Shown here: positions 9,874-18,533 of the stretch, one piece after another
How the letters are laid out: every line of letters starts with the position of its first letter
How positions within the stretch are numbered: position 1 is the stretch's first letter
Assembly (NCBI RefSeq): GCF_003945235.1
Contig: NZ_RSDW01000001.1
Span: 3,600,001-3,632,000, forward strand
Reading direction: 5' to 3'
DNA length: 32,000 nt
Source: Edaphobacter aggregans
Lineage (GTDB): Bacteria; Acidobacteriota; Terriglobia; Terriglobales; Acidobacteriaceae
Made by a program: the position numbers and the translations under genes
The notes under the pieces: generated by a model
The model's database searches: none
What the model was told of the DNA's origin: nothing
What the model saw: only the letters and a program-made list of their open reading frames with translations

Positions 9874-10019
9874 CCCGATTTGGCTTTGAACCGGTACCTT
9901 TACCGGTGGAGGCCTCGAAGTTAGGCCAAAGATGCTACCCCAAAAGTGCTATGTGGTTAATCCCTTCTCGCGTCGAGAATCAATCTCGGGTCAAGGACTT
10001 TTCCCAAATGAGGACAACA

Positions 10020-10220
10020 ATGAAAAAATCGTCTCTCTTGCTTTTCGGTCTCGTTCTCTTCTTTTCCGTTGCCCTCCCCCTCCATGCTTACGACGGAGCG
10101 GAAGGTTGCGTCAACTCCCCTGAAAATCCGACCGCCATCCTCGCCGCTGTGGGTTCTGCCGGGGCATTTTTCGTCTCGGCCCGTGCTCGCATCAAGGCTC
10201 GTCGCGACTCAACCAAGTAA
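10020..10220 (+). CDS. small secreted protein with a PEP-CTERM-like (P-E-x-P-T) exosortase sorting signal
   Basis: Signal peptide MKKSSLLLFGLVLFFSVALPLHA, then YDGAEGCVNS, then PENPT, then the TM helix AILAAVGSAGAFFVSA, then the basic tail RARIKARRDSTK. A GAGGA SD lies 5 nt upstream of ATG 10020, and ATG 10008 is an alternative start. The gene ends 35 nt upstream of the exosortase gene. The listed 9870 ORF start is an unsupported N-terminal extension. Confidence 0.7.
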   Translation: MKKSSLLLFGLVLFFSVALPLHAYDGAEGCVNSPENPTAILAAVGSAGAFFVSARARIKARRDSTK

Positions 10221-10255
10221 TACCCCCAGCAAGTTGTCTCGAATCGGAATCCTTT

Positions 10256-11911
10256 ATGTCGACTCTTCCTGCGGCTGATCTTGGCCCTTATCCAATGCCA
10301 CGGGTGGCGAGACTATCGCCGCCCTACGCCGCAGGCTTCGCAGCCATCCTCGCGATCCTCGGCGTATGTTCCATTTGGTCCACTGCAGCTGCACTATGGA
10401 CGCTTTGGAGCATGGATGCCCTCAAGTCGATCGGCATGATGGTCCCCCTGGTCAGCCTCGTCCTCATACTCCGAGTCTGGCGCTCCCAAAACTGGCAGAT
10501 GGAAGGAAGCTGGTGGGGTCTGGTCGTTCTCACCGTCACTATCGCTGCGGTTCACATACGCGATCAGGCAGTTCTTATCCTTGTCGTCTCCCCAAAATGG
10601 GCGGTCTACTTCCCCCCCCACTCGCTTGTAGCCTTCGCCTACGGTGCAGGTGTGGTTCTCCTCTTTGGAGGTCCACGCCTCTTCCGCGCGGCGTTGTTCC
10701 CCATCGTTCTTCTCTGGTTCGTCAATCCCATCCCTCACTTCTTCAATGTTCTCGTCGATCTCCCACTGCAGCGCGTCTCGGCCCATGTAGCCCGGGCGTT
10801 CGCCATCGCACTAGGACAGCCGCTCTCGCCCGATCAGATGCGCCTCATGTTCACGCCGACCTTCGGAATGTTCATCGCCCCTGGCTGCAATGGCATTCGC
10901 GGAGCCGTCACCATGGGCTTCATCGCACTCATTGCTGGATACGTCTACCGCTTCCGCTGGTATGCGCACGCAGCAGTTGTTGCGGGAGCTGTTCTCCTTG
11001 GCTATCTATTCAACTTTGTCCGCCTCTGCACCCTGGTCCTCTATTACATCGTCGCGCTGCACTTCCACTGGCTGCGCTCCAGGGCTGAGATGGGCGATTA
11101 CATTATCGGGGCCTGCCTCTTCCTAGTTGCTACGCTCCTGCTCTTTTACGTCGTCCGCAGACTCGGAGAATCACCCCGACAGACCAAGCCTGTCTTGTCG
11201 TCCTCGCCATTTTCCTCGACCTCTCGGTGGTCATACAAACTGCGTTTCGCCGCTATGTTTCTGATCGCCACCTTCGGCTGCTACGGTTTCGCACGCGCCG
11301 TCGTCATCGCCGAGGCTACCGGCGAATTCGCACAGATCCGAGCCGATCAAAGAGCACCCGGCAAGTTTCCCCCTCGCATGGGCGCCTACACTCTCGTTCG
11401 CACATGGAACGAGAACCTCAACACCGGTACGCTCCTCTTTCACTGGGCCGAGTATGCCCCAGTCAACGGCGGAGCGCACATTAACCTCGGCATCTCTCCC
11501 GTCCTGGGCACACACGACACGCTCATCTGCCACTCCGCGCGCGGAGACGATCCCATCTGGCAAAACGAACTCACCACAAGCACCGCTGGCCAACCAAACG
11601 TCAGCTTCAACGGGGCGATGTTCAACAACAGCACATCACTCTCCCTTGAGGCCACCACCGTCTGCAGCGGTTCGTCCTGCGGCGAGTACGCCACCGATCG
11701 CTCTCACTTCGGTTTCGTCTACAGCAAGCCGAACTCTCAATCTCTGCTCACACAGGATCCACAGAGGCCCATCCCCATCATGCTTCGTACTGAACTGGGC
11801 GATGACTCGTTACCTGCAGACTATGCTCGCCAGCAAATGTCTGCTTCCCTTAGCACCTTCCTCGCCTCGGTCGACCTCAATGAACTCACTCGACCCTACC
11901 GCCACCGATAG
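10256..11911 (+). CDS. exosortase-family transpeptidase with a fused C-terminal TM segment and EpsI-like periplasmic domain
   Basis: The N-terminal ~300 aa is polytopic and carries the exosortase catalytic pattern. This comprises Cys in FIAPGCNGIRGAV, Asn/Arg in YLFNFVRLCTLV, and His in the following helix (ALHFHW). After an extra TM (LRFAAMFLIATFGCYGF) comes a ~230-aa soluble domain. Its FPPRMGAYTL...W and LGTHDTLICHSARGDDPIW segments resemble EpsI (exosortase-associated) domains. The exact subfamily cannot be assigned by eye. Confidence 0.8.
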   Translation: MSTLPAADLGPYPMPRVARLSPPYAAGFAAILAILGVCSIWSTAAALWTLWSMDALKSIGMMVPLVSLVLILRVWRSQNWQMEGSWWGLVVLTVTIAAVHIRDQAVLILVVSPKWAVYFPPHSLVAFAYGAGVVLLFGGPRLFRAALFPIVLLWFVNPIPHFFNVLVDLPLQRVSAHVARAFAIALGQPLSPDQMRLMFTPTFGMFIAPGCNGIRGAVTMGFIALIAGYVYRFRWYAHAAVVAGAVLLGYLFNFVRLCTLVLYYIVALHFHWLRSRAEMGDYIIGACLFLVATLLLFYVVRRLGESPRQTKPVLSSSPFSSTSRWSYKLRFAAMFLIATFGCYGFARAVVIAEATGEFAQIRADQRAPGKFPPRMGAYTLVRTWNENLNTGTLLFHWAEYAPVNGGAHINLGISPVLGTHDTLICHSARGDDPIWQNELTTSTAGQPNVSFNGAMFNNSTSLSLEATTVCSGSSCGEYATDRSHFGFVYSKPNSQSLLTQDPQRPIPIMLRTELGDDSLPADYARQQMSASLSTFLASVDLNELTRPYRHR

Positions 11912-11934
11912 CGACGTCGCTCACTCTGCTACCC

Positions 11935-13893
11935 TTGCCTCTAGTGAAATTCAATTCGCGTAGCCTCCTTGCTCCCCTCGCCGCGATCTCTGCCGGCATT
12001 CTTTCCTTGTCTCTCGCGGGTTGCGCTACGGGAATCTCCACAACCCCTACGCCCCCAACCACTCCAACACCTCCGACGACTCCAACTACACCTGTTGCGC
12101 CACCTGCCAACCCAGGCGTCTCCTTCAGCGGCAAGGTGACGGCCGGTTCACAGCCCATCGCCGGAGCAACCATCCAGGTCTACGCCGCTGGCACCACCGG
12201 CAATGGATCCGCTCCCACAGTGCTTCTCTCGACGCCCCAGACCACCGATGCCACTGGAGCCTTCACCGTGCCGGCAGCCTATCCCTGCCCGGCTAGCTCC
12301 TCACAGTTATACGTCGTCGCCCGTGGCGGCAATACCGGAACCTCTACTTCACCCAACTCCGCCATAACCTTGGCCACGGTAGTCGGGCCATGCAACCAGG
12401 TCACAGCCTCCAGCCAGTTCGTCCTTAATGAAGTCACCACCGTCGCCACCGTCTGGGGTTTGTCCCAGTTCCTGGCCACAGGAGCCAGCCTCGGCGCCTC
12501 ATCGACCAACACACAGGGCCTAACCAACGCCTTCGCCACCGTCGCTAATCTCGCCAATCTCACCACAGGCACATCTCCCGGAGCAGCTTTTCCAAGCAAC
12601 GGAATCTCTCCCGCGGCAAAGGTCAACACCCTGGCCAACCTGATCAACACATGCACCGCAGCTACTACTGACCTCACTCCCTGCACCAACCTGTTCACCG
12701 CGGCAACCCCGGCCGGAGCCTCAGCGCCCACCAACACTCTCGACGCCGCGCTGAACCTCGTCCGCAATCCGGGAACAAATGTTGCCGCACTCTACAAGCA
12801 ATCCACCGCCAGCAACGCCTTCACTCCCGCCCTCACCACCACCCCCGCCGACTGGACGCTCTTCATTAGCTACACCGGCGGTGGTCTCAACGAGCCCGGA
12901 GCTCTCGGCGTCGACTCCACCGGCAACATCTGGGTCTCCAACTACAGCGACTCCACCGGCACCTTCGGCATCGCATCCAAGTTCTCCCCCACCGGAAGTC
13001 CCATCTTCCCCACTGGCATCAAAGCCAACGGCCTCAGCGACTCCTACGGCCTCGCCATCGACGCCAGTGACAACGTCTGGATCCCCTATGAACATAGCCC
13101 GAGTGGTCTCGGCGCGGTCAGCGTTCTCAACTCAAACGGTCAGTCGATCTCAGGCGCAGCCGGCTACACCGCCGGAAACCTCTACTATCCCATCGCCGCC
13201 GCCATCGACCCCAACGGCAACGCTTGGGTCATCAACTACGGCAACGCTCACCTCACTCTCTACTCAAGCACCGGCCAGGTCCTCTCCGGCACCACCGGCT
13301 TCTTCGCCCCTTCCTTCGCCTTCCCCGCCGCCATCGTCGTCGACGCTAACCACAATGCCTGGATCGGCGACGAGAACGACGGCTTCATCACCCGCATCTC
13401 CTCTGACGGCACGCAAAACCTTCCCGTCTCCTGCTGCAACAGTCCCAACGGCCTCGCCATCGATCAGCGCGGCTACGTCTGGGCCGCCAACTTCGCCGGC
13501 GACAGCATCAGTCAGATCTCCGGTTCCGGTACCGTCGTCTCCAATGGCTACACCGGCGCAGGCCTCGACCACCCTCAAGGCATCGCCGTCGACGGGGCCG
13601 GCACCCTCTGGATCGCCAACTATCGCAGCCCAGCCCTCACTCAACTGGCAGGATCGGCCTCCTCCAACCCCGGCGCAGCGCTGTCACCGGCCACCGGCTG
13701 GGCCCCCGACGCAGCACTGCCACCACCCCCCGGATCGAGTACTCCCGTCAAACTCCTCGAGGCCTTCGCCGTCGTCATCGACGCGAGCGGCAATCTCTGG
13801 GTCACCAACTTCGGCACCAACACCCTCACCGAGTACATCGGTCTCGCCGTACCCATCAAGACCCCTCTAATCGGCCCGCCCCAAATTCCCTAG
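11935..13893 (+). CDS. NHL-repeat beta-propeller lipoprotein
   Basis: A lipobox signal (LSLSLAGC) is followed by a Pro/Thr linker (TTPTPPTTPTPPTTPTTPVAPP) and a beta-sandwich-like segment. At least six NHL-type blades follow (GLAIDASDNVWI, AAIDPNGNAWVINY, AIVVDANHNAWIGD, GLAIDQRGYVWAANF, GIAVDGAGTLWIANY, AVVIDASGNLWVTNF). The start is TTG 11935 or GTG 11944. Confidence 0.8.
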   Translation: MPLVKFNSRSLLAPLAAISAGILSLSLAGCATGISTTPTPPTTPTPPTTPTTPVAPPANPGVSFSGKVTAGSQPIAGATIQVYAAGTTGNGSAPTVLLSTPQTTDATGAFTVPAAYPCPASSSQLYVVARGGNTGTSTSPNSAITLATVVGPCNQVTASSQFVLNEVTTVATVWGLSQFLATGASLGASSTNTQGLTNAFATVANLANLTTGTSPGAAFPSNGISPAAKVNTLANLINTCTAATTDLTPCTNLFTAATPAGASAPTNTLDAALNLVRNPGTNVAALYKQSTASNAFTPALTTTPADWTLFISYTGGGLNEPGALGVDSTGNIWVSNYSDSTGTFGIASKFSPTGSPIFPTGIKANGLSDSYGLAIDASDNVWIPYEHSPSGLGAVSVLNSNGQSISGAAGYTAGNLYYPIAAAIDPNGNAWVINYGNAHLTLYSSTGQVLSGTTGFFAPSFAFPAAIVVDANHNAWIGDENDGFITRISSDGTQNLPVSCCNSPNGLAIDQRGYVWAANFAGDSISQISGSGTVVSNGYTGAGLDHPQGIAVDGAGTLWIANYRSPALTQLAGSASSNPGAALSPATGWAPDAALPPPPGSSTPVKLLEAFAVVIDASGNLWVTNFGTNTLTEYIGLAVPIKTPLIGPPQIP

Positions 13894-13956
13894 CCGAACC
13901 GCTCCATCCTTTTGCATTCCTGGGCCAGCACTTTCGTAGCCTCTAAAAATGAGGTA

Positions 13957-13980
13957 GAACCAATAGTTTCCTATTGGTTC
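13957..13980. promoter_or_regulatory. perfect inverted repeat GAACCAATAG-TTTC-CTATTGGTTC (candidate operator or weak terminator hairpin)
   Basis: A 10/10-bp palindrome with a 4-nt spacer, 64 nt after the NHL gene stop and ~210-270 nt upstream of the receptor gene. The CCAAT half-site motif recurs as ATTGG (14024-14028) and CCAATAG (14040-14046). Confidence 0.35.
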
Positions 13981-14094
13981 TTCGCGGCGTATCCCCTGCT
14001 CTTCATCAAAGGCCGGCCCCGTAATTGGCAATCTTCCAGCCAATAGCACGCATCCCCGAAAAGGCACAACAGTAAAAAAATTACATTCCACCTC

Positions 14095-14122
14095 TTGACA
14101 GACGTTGTCGCAAAGGCAGAAT
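14095..14122 (+). promoter_or_regulatory. candidate sigma70-type promoter for the TonB-dependent receptor gene
   Basis: TTGACA at 14095-14100, a 16-nt spacer, then CAGAAT at 14117-14122, within the relatively AT-rich gap upstream of the gene. Pattern match only. Confidence 0.25.
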
Positions 14123-14190
14123 CTTGCAATCGCAATCAAGTGGTCTGACCATAGCTTCTTGAAACGATAAAAAAGCGCCCAAACGCGCCC

Positions 14191-17100
14191 ATGAACAAAA
14201 AGTTTTACCCGCAAAACCTAGAGAGGTTACAGATGATGCTCAACAACGATCGATCCACCATGTTCCGCTCCGGCAAAGGCGAAGAATCAAGCCCGCTCCG
14301 CCATCTTCTTCCGAGGCTCTTCCCCATTCTGCTGGTTCTCCTCACGGTCGTTCTGCTCTGCGGAACACCGGCCAACGCTCAGCTCGCCGGTAAGGGCGAA
14401 ATCAAGGGTACGGTGACCGACCCTTCCGGCGCAGTCGTCCCCGAAGCCACCGTCGTCGCGACATCGACAAGCCGCGGCCTCAAGTTCACCACCAAGAGTT
14501 CATCGTCCGGTGACTTCTCTGTCTCGGCACTCGATCCGGACATTTACACCCTCACCGTCACTGCCACGGGGCTCTCGACGACCACGCAGGAAAACATCCA
14601 CGTCAACGCGCTCGAAGTCGCAAACGTGAACGTCAGCATGAAGGTCGGCTCTGAAGCTGAGACCGTCACCGTTACCGCCGCTCCTCCCGCGCTCGAAACC
14701 AGCAACGCAGCCCTCGGCGCGACCATGGAGAACGACATGTACTCCGCGCTTCCCATCCAGATGGGAGCCTACGGCCAGCCTGACCAGCGCCGCGCCACCG
14801 ACTTCGCGTTCCTCATGCCCGGCGTGCAAGGCAACAACACCAACGGCAACGCCACCACCAACACCGGAATTGTCAACGGATCGGGAAGCCGCGGCGCCGT
14901 CTCTGCCGTGTATATCGACGGCATCCCATTCGTGCGTGCCGGAGGCAACGGCGACCCGCGCTACGTATGGACCGCCATCTCCGTCGATGCGGTCGACCAG
15001 TTCCAGGTTCAGACCGCCGGATACTCCGCCATCTATGAAGGGCAGGGAATTCAGAACTACGCCATCAAGCAGGGCGGCATCAAGTATCACGGGAGCGTCT
15101 ATTATTTCTTCCGCAACACGGCCCTCGACACCTGGGGCTTCTTCGGCGCTGTTCCCAACCCCGTCACCGGCGTAGTGGCCAAGCCAACCGAGCACAGCCA
15201 CGAGTACGGCATTGCTCTCAGCGGCCCGCTCGTTCCCGTTGGTTCGTTGAAAGACAAGCTCTTTTTCTTCGGCAACTACAACGGCTTCCGCTATTCAAGC
15301 CAGACCCCGACCAGCCTGACCTTCCCGACCGCAGCCCAGCAGGCAGGTAACTTCGCGGGACTGGTCAGCGGCGGTATCTTCGATCCCACGACGCAGGCAG
15401 CATGCACGGCTCATAGCACTGACGGTCCGTGCCGGTACCGGTACGGTTACATAGGAGGCAGCGCGGCAGGGTCCAGAGGAAATCCGGTCCTCTCAGGCCA
15501 ACCTGTAGACGTGATTCCGTCGAGCGAATTCTCGCAGATCGCCCTCAAGCTCCAGAGCTATCTCCCGAGCGGTATTGGCACGTCGGCGCAGAACAACTTC
15601 AACTCCCCCAATTCGACTGGCTTGACGAACTGGTCCACGACCAACCGTATCGATTATGCGTTCACCTCGAAGGACACGCTGACCCTGGTGGCAGCCATCG
15701 GCCGTCAAGCGAGTTCCAATCCCACCGGCCAGACGACTGCAGGGCGCAACGTAGGTCCGGTCCCGTATAACTACGGTCAGGTCTTCGCTCCCAAGACAGC
15801 CGTAGGCGTCATCGAGGAAACCCATATCTTCTCGCCGCATCTCATCAATCAGTTCAAATGGGGATACGCCCGGTACAACGGTCCCACCTTCCAATCGAAT
15901 CAAGTCCCCGTCTACGCTGCAACAGCTCAGGGCCTGACAGGCCTGCCAGCCGGACCGGCATCCCAGGCCTTCCCGATCGTCACCTTCGCCGGTACCAACG
16001 CTCCAACCAACTGGGCTGGTCAAGGTCCCAATATCACTCTTGCTGAGAACTACACCCTGCTCAACAACGTGCAATGGAATGTTGGAAAGCACTCGTTCAC
16101 CTTCGGTGGACAGATCGCTTGGCTCCAATACAACGTCACACCAAATACCGGCGGTTCAAGCCCGCTTACCATGGCCAATGCCGTTACCGAGACCGCAGCG
16201 ATCAACAAATCAAGCAATTCAAGTCCTGCCTATGCGGCGACCTCTAACACCGGCTACTCCTACGCCAGCTTCCTCATCGGTCAGATCGACAAAGGCAGCC
16301 TGACTCAGAATCTCGTGCAGCAGTTCAATTCGCGCTTCCGCGCCATCTCCCCCTACGTTCAGGACAACTGGAAGGTCAACGAAAAGCTCACCCTCGATCT
16401 TGGCCTGCGCTGGGACTATTTCCCCACGCTTCTTGATGCGCACGACAACATGAGCTTCTTTAGTCCCACTCTGGCTAACCCCATTACCGGCACGAATGGA
16501 GCGCTGCAGTTTGCCGGCACCGGATCTGGTACCTGCAACTGCCGTACACCGGTCAATAACTACTTCAAGAACTTCGGCCCGCGCATCGGCCTCGCGTACC
16601 AGGTCGATCCAAAGACCGTCATCCGGTCCAGCTACGGCATCATGTTTACCCACGGCAATGCCGTTGGCGGCGGCGGTTCCACCGCTGGCTTGGCTGGCAA
16701 CTCCCTTGGCTTCTCGGCCAGCCCAAGCTTCTCGGCTAACGGCCAACTGCTATCCACCTTCCCGCTCACCGGGACGAACAGCGCATTCCCGTCCTTTGCA
16801 CCTGCCGCAGGCCGCGCCGTGGGCCCGGCCTTTGGAACCGGCTATACGACGACGAGCGGTTACACCGGCACGCCGTCTACCGTCAGCTACTACGATCCAT
16901 ATCTCGGCAGCCGTGCTCCTGAGTATGTCAACTGGACCCTTGGCTTCCAGCACCAGTGGACCAATGCACTTACCTCGAGCATCACCTACGTGGGATCGCA
17001 GGGACACTTTCTTCCTGCCGATGCCAGCAACGCTCGTGGCTTCTGGGCAAACCAGCTCGATCCGAAGTACCTGTCCCTGGGAACAGCTCTGAACTCGGCT

Positions 17101-18036
17101 GGTACATCGGCCTGTGCAGCGAACGGCCTCACTTGCCCATCGGGCTTTACCACAGGGCAGCAGCTCAATGTGGCTCTCCGTCCGTTCCCGTTCCAAGGGG
17201 TCACCGATCAGTTTGCTTACGTCTCCAACTCCAACTACAACGCACTCCAGGTGACCCTCAACATGCGCGCCACCCATGGACTCACCTTCATGGCCAACTA
17301 CACATGGTCGCGCTCCATCGACGATGGAGGCACCTTCCGGACCGGATACGATATTCCGGCTGCATTCTCCGGCGATGGACAGTTTCACAAGGCTGATTCC
17401 ATCGAGCGCAGCGTATCCACTAGCAACCAGCCACAACACATAGTCATCACGGGCGTATGGGATATGCCCTTCGGCCGCTCTATGCTCAACAATAGCGGAT
17501 GGGAGCGAGCGATCTTTGGCGGATACAAGCTCTCCACCATCTACCAGGCCTACTCTGGTTCGCCGCTCGCCATTACAGGAGCAACCTGCAACGCCAACCC
17601 GGCGCAGATTACCTGCATGCCCAGCTACAATCCCTCCTTCGCCGGTCCAGCCCGCATCAACGGCAGTTGGGGGCATGGCGTCACCCGTACCAACTACAAG
17701 GACACCACCAATCCTGGCTCCTTTTTCATCAATTCAAACGCGTTCGTCTATGCGCCTGCTTACACCTTCGGCAACAATCCACGTACCGCTCCGTACAACA
17801 TCTACGGTCCGGGCAACTACAATCTCGATCTCAGCCTCCGTCGCAGCTTCGGCCTTCACCTCGGTGAATCGTCCAGGTTGAACCTCCAGGCCGACCTCTA
17901 CAACGTCACGAACCACACCCAGTTCACAGTGGCCAGCACAGTATGGAGCCCAACCACCACGAGCTTTGGCCAGGTCTCCGGTACTCAGGCCAATGGTCGC
18001 CGTTCCGCGCAGCTTCACGCGCGTATCGAGTTCTAA
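14191..18036 (+). CDS. TonB-dependent receptor-like outer-membrane barrel with N-terminal carboxypeptidase-regulatory-like domain
   Basis: A signal peptide (..LLVLLTVVLLCGTPANAQ) precedes a CarboxypepD_reg-type beta-sandwich (GEIKGTVTDPSGAVVPEATVVA...GDFSVSALDPDIYTLTVTATG). A plug-like region follows (FLMPGVQG...VYIDGIPF), then ~1000 aa rich in Gly/Asn/Tyr/Thr strands, ending in the terminal ..HARIEF. A start at ATG 14233 (GAGAGG SD 6 nt upstream) is at least as likely as 14191. Confidence 0.85.
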   Translation: MNKKFYPQNLERLQMMLNNDRSTMFRSGKGEESSPLRHLLPRLFPILLVLLTVVLLCGTPANAQLAGKGEIKGTVTDPSGAVVPEATVVATSTSRGLKFTTKSSSSGDFSVSALDPDIYTLTVTATGLSTTTQENIHVNALEVANVNVSMKVGSEAETVTVTAAPPALETSNAALGATMENDMYSALPIQMGAYGQPDQRRATDFAFLMPGVQGNNTNGNATTNTGIVNGSGSRGAVSAVYIDGIPFVRAGGNGDPRYVWTAISVDAVDQFQVQTAGYSAIYEGQGIQNYAIKQGGIKYHGSVYYFFRNTALDTWGFFGAVPNPVTGVVAKPTEHSHEYGIALSGPLVPVGSLKDKLFFFGNYNGFRYSSQTPTSLTFPTAAQQAGNFAGLVSGGIFDPTTQAACTAHSTDGPCRYRYGYIGGSAAGSRGNPVLSGQPVDVIPSSEFSQIALKLQSYLPSGIGTSAQNNFNSPNSTGLTNWSTTNRIDYAFTSKDTLTLVAAIGRQASSNPTGQTTAGRNVGPVPYNYGQVFAPKTAVGVIEETHIFSPHLINQFKWGYARYNGPTFQSNQVPVYAATAQGLTGLPAGPASQAFPIVTFAGTNAPTNWAGQGPNITLAENYTLLNNVQWNVGKHSFTFGGQIAWLQYNVTPNTGGSSPLTMANAVTETAAINKSSNSSPAYAATSNTGYSYASFLIGQIDKGSLTQNLVQQFNSRFRAISPYVQDNWKVNEKLTLDLGLRWDYFPTLLDAHDNMSFFSPTLANPITGTNGALQFAGTGSGTCNCRTPVNNYFKNFGPRIGLAYQVDPKTVIRSSYGIMFTHGNAVGGGGSTAGLAGNSLGFSASPSFSANGQLLSTFPLTGTNSAFPSFAPAAGRAVGPAFGTGYTTTSGYTGTPSTVSYYDPYLGSRAPEYVNWTLGFQHQWTNALTSSITYVGSQGHFLPADASNARGFWANQLDPKYLSLGTALNSAGTSACAANGLTCPSGFTTGQQLNVALRPFPFQGVTDQFAYVSNSNYNALQVTLNMRATHGLTFMANYTWSRSIDDGGTFRTGYDIPAAFSGDGQFHKADSIERSVSTSNQPQHIVITGVWDMPFGRSMLNNSGWERAIFGGYKLSTIYQAYSGSPLAITGATCNANPAQITCMPSYNPSFAGPARINGSWGHGVTRTNYKDTTNPGSFFINSNAFVYAPAYTFGNNPRTAPYNIYGPGNYNLDLSLRRSFGLHLGESSRLNLQADLYNVTNHTQFTVASTVWSPTTTSFGQVSGTQANGRRSAQLHARIEF

Positions 18037-18055
18037 CCCAACACTCACAACAACC

Positions 18056-18090
18056 AAAAAGCCCCGGGGTTCGCCTTGGGGCTTTTGTTT
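18056..18090 (+). terminator. intrinsic terminator after the receptor gene
   Basis: AAAAA, then the stem GCCCCGGGG / CCTTGGGGC (9 bp including 2 G-U pairs) with a TTCG loop, then TTTTGTTTT. The flanking A-run also allows function on the minus strand. Confidence 0.8.
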
Positions 18091-18276
18091 TCCGCAGCAC
18101 AAAATGCCGGGCGCCCCATATCCGGCAGCCTCATTGCCAGAGGTGGGGGCATTTGCGTAGAAACGCGAACCACACTCCAGACCTGTCAAGCCTCATTCCA
18201 GTCTAACCCTTTTACTCACAATAACATCCGAATGGCATTTAATTCTCTCCAGCCCGCTATAATAGAACCAGAGAAC

Positions 18277-18311
18277 AAAAGAGCCCCGCCACGAGCCGGG
18301 GCTCTTTTTTT
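18277..18311. terminator. bidirectional intrinsic terminator
   Basis: AAAA, then the stem GAGCCCCG / CGGGGCTC (8 bp) with an 8-nt loop, then TTTTTTT on the plus strand. The minus strand reads stem then TTTTGTTCTC. Confidence 0.7.
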
Positions 18312-18341
18312 GACTGAGACTGAAAACTGAAACCGAACCAA

Positions 18342-18403
18342 GATCCAGACTTAAGTCCCAATTTTTTAATACTTTGCGTACTTAAGTGGGGGAGGGGGTA
18401 CTT
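18342..18403 (-). repeat. 'C-run' repeat family, copy C2
   Basis: Plus strand reads GATCCAGACTTAAGTCCCAATTTTTTAATACTTTGCGTACTTAAGTGGGGGAGGGGGTACTT. It is about 70% identical by eye to C3, 130 nt downstream in the same orientation, including an exact TAATACTTTG. Confidence 0.65.
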
Positions 18404-18470
18404 GCAATCACCCGTCGATTACCAACTGGACGGCGCAACAGAACGCAGGTCTAAGACCTGCCTAACCGGA

Positions 18471-18533
18471 GGTCCAGACCTAAGCCTAATCTTTGTAATA
18501 CTTTGAGAGTCAAGGTACGGGGAGGGGGGTACC
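18471..18533 (-). repeat. 'C-run' repeat family, copy C3
   Basis: Plus strand reads GGTCCAGACCTAAGCCTAATCTTTGTAATACTTTGAGAGTCAAGGTACGGGGAGGGGGGTACC. GGTAC/GTACC brackets the G-run, which is the C-run on the minus strand. The copy begins ~15 nt downstream (minus sense) of the 91-aa gene stop. Confidence 0.65.

Noticed and set aside
9870-10019. N-terminal extension of the small sorting-signal protein (116-aa version)
   Set aside because: The extension overlaps the MFS stop and has no signal-peptide logic. A GAGGA SD sits 5 nt before ATG 10020, which begins a canonical signal peptide.
12779-13870. 363-aa Pro/Ser/Thr-rich ORF inside the NHL lipoprotein gene
   Set aside because: Off-frame shadow ORF. 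The annotated frame has clear NHL blades and a lipobox, and this frame has only low-complexity sequence. The same reasoning applies to 8853-9866, 6888-7487, 10366-11088 and 16496-17092.
13867-14214. 115-aa minus-strand ORF spanning the NHL-receptor intergenic region
   Set aside because: It overlaps the 3' end of one gene and the 5' end of another. It lies in the relatively AT-rich promoter region, has odd composition and shows no RBS, so it is more likely non-coding regulatory DNA.
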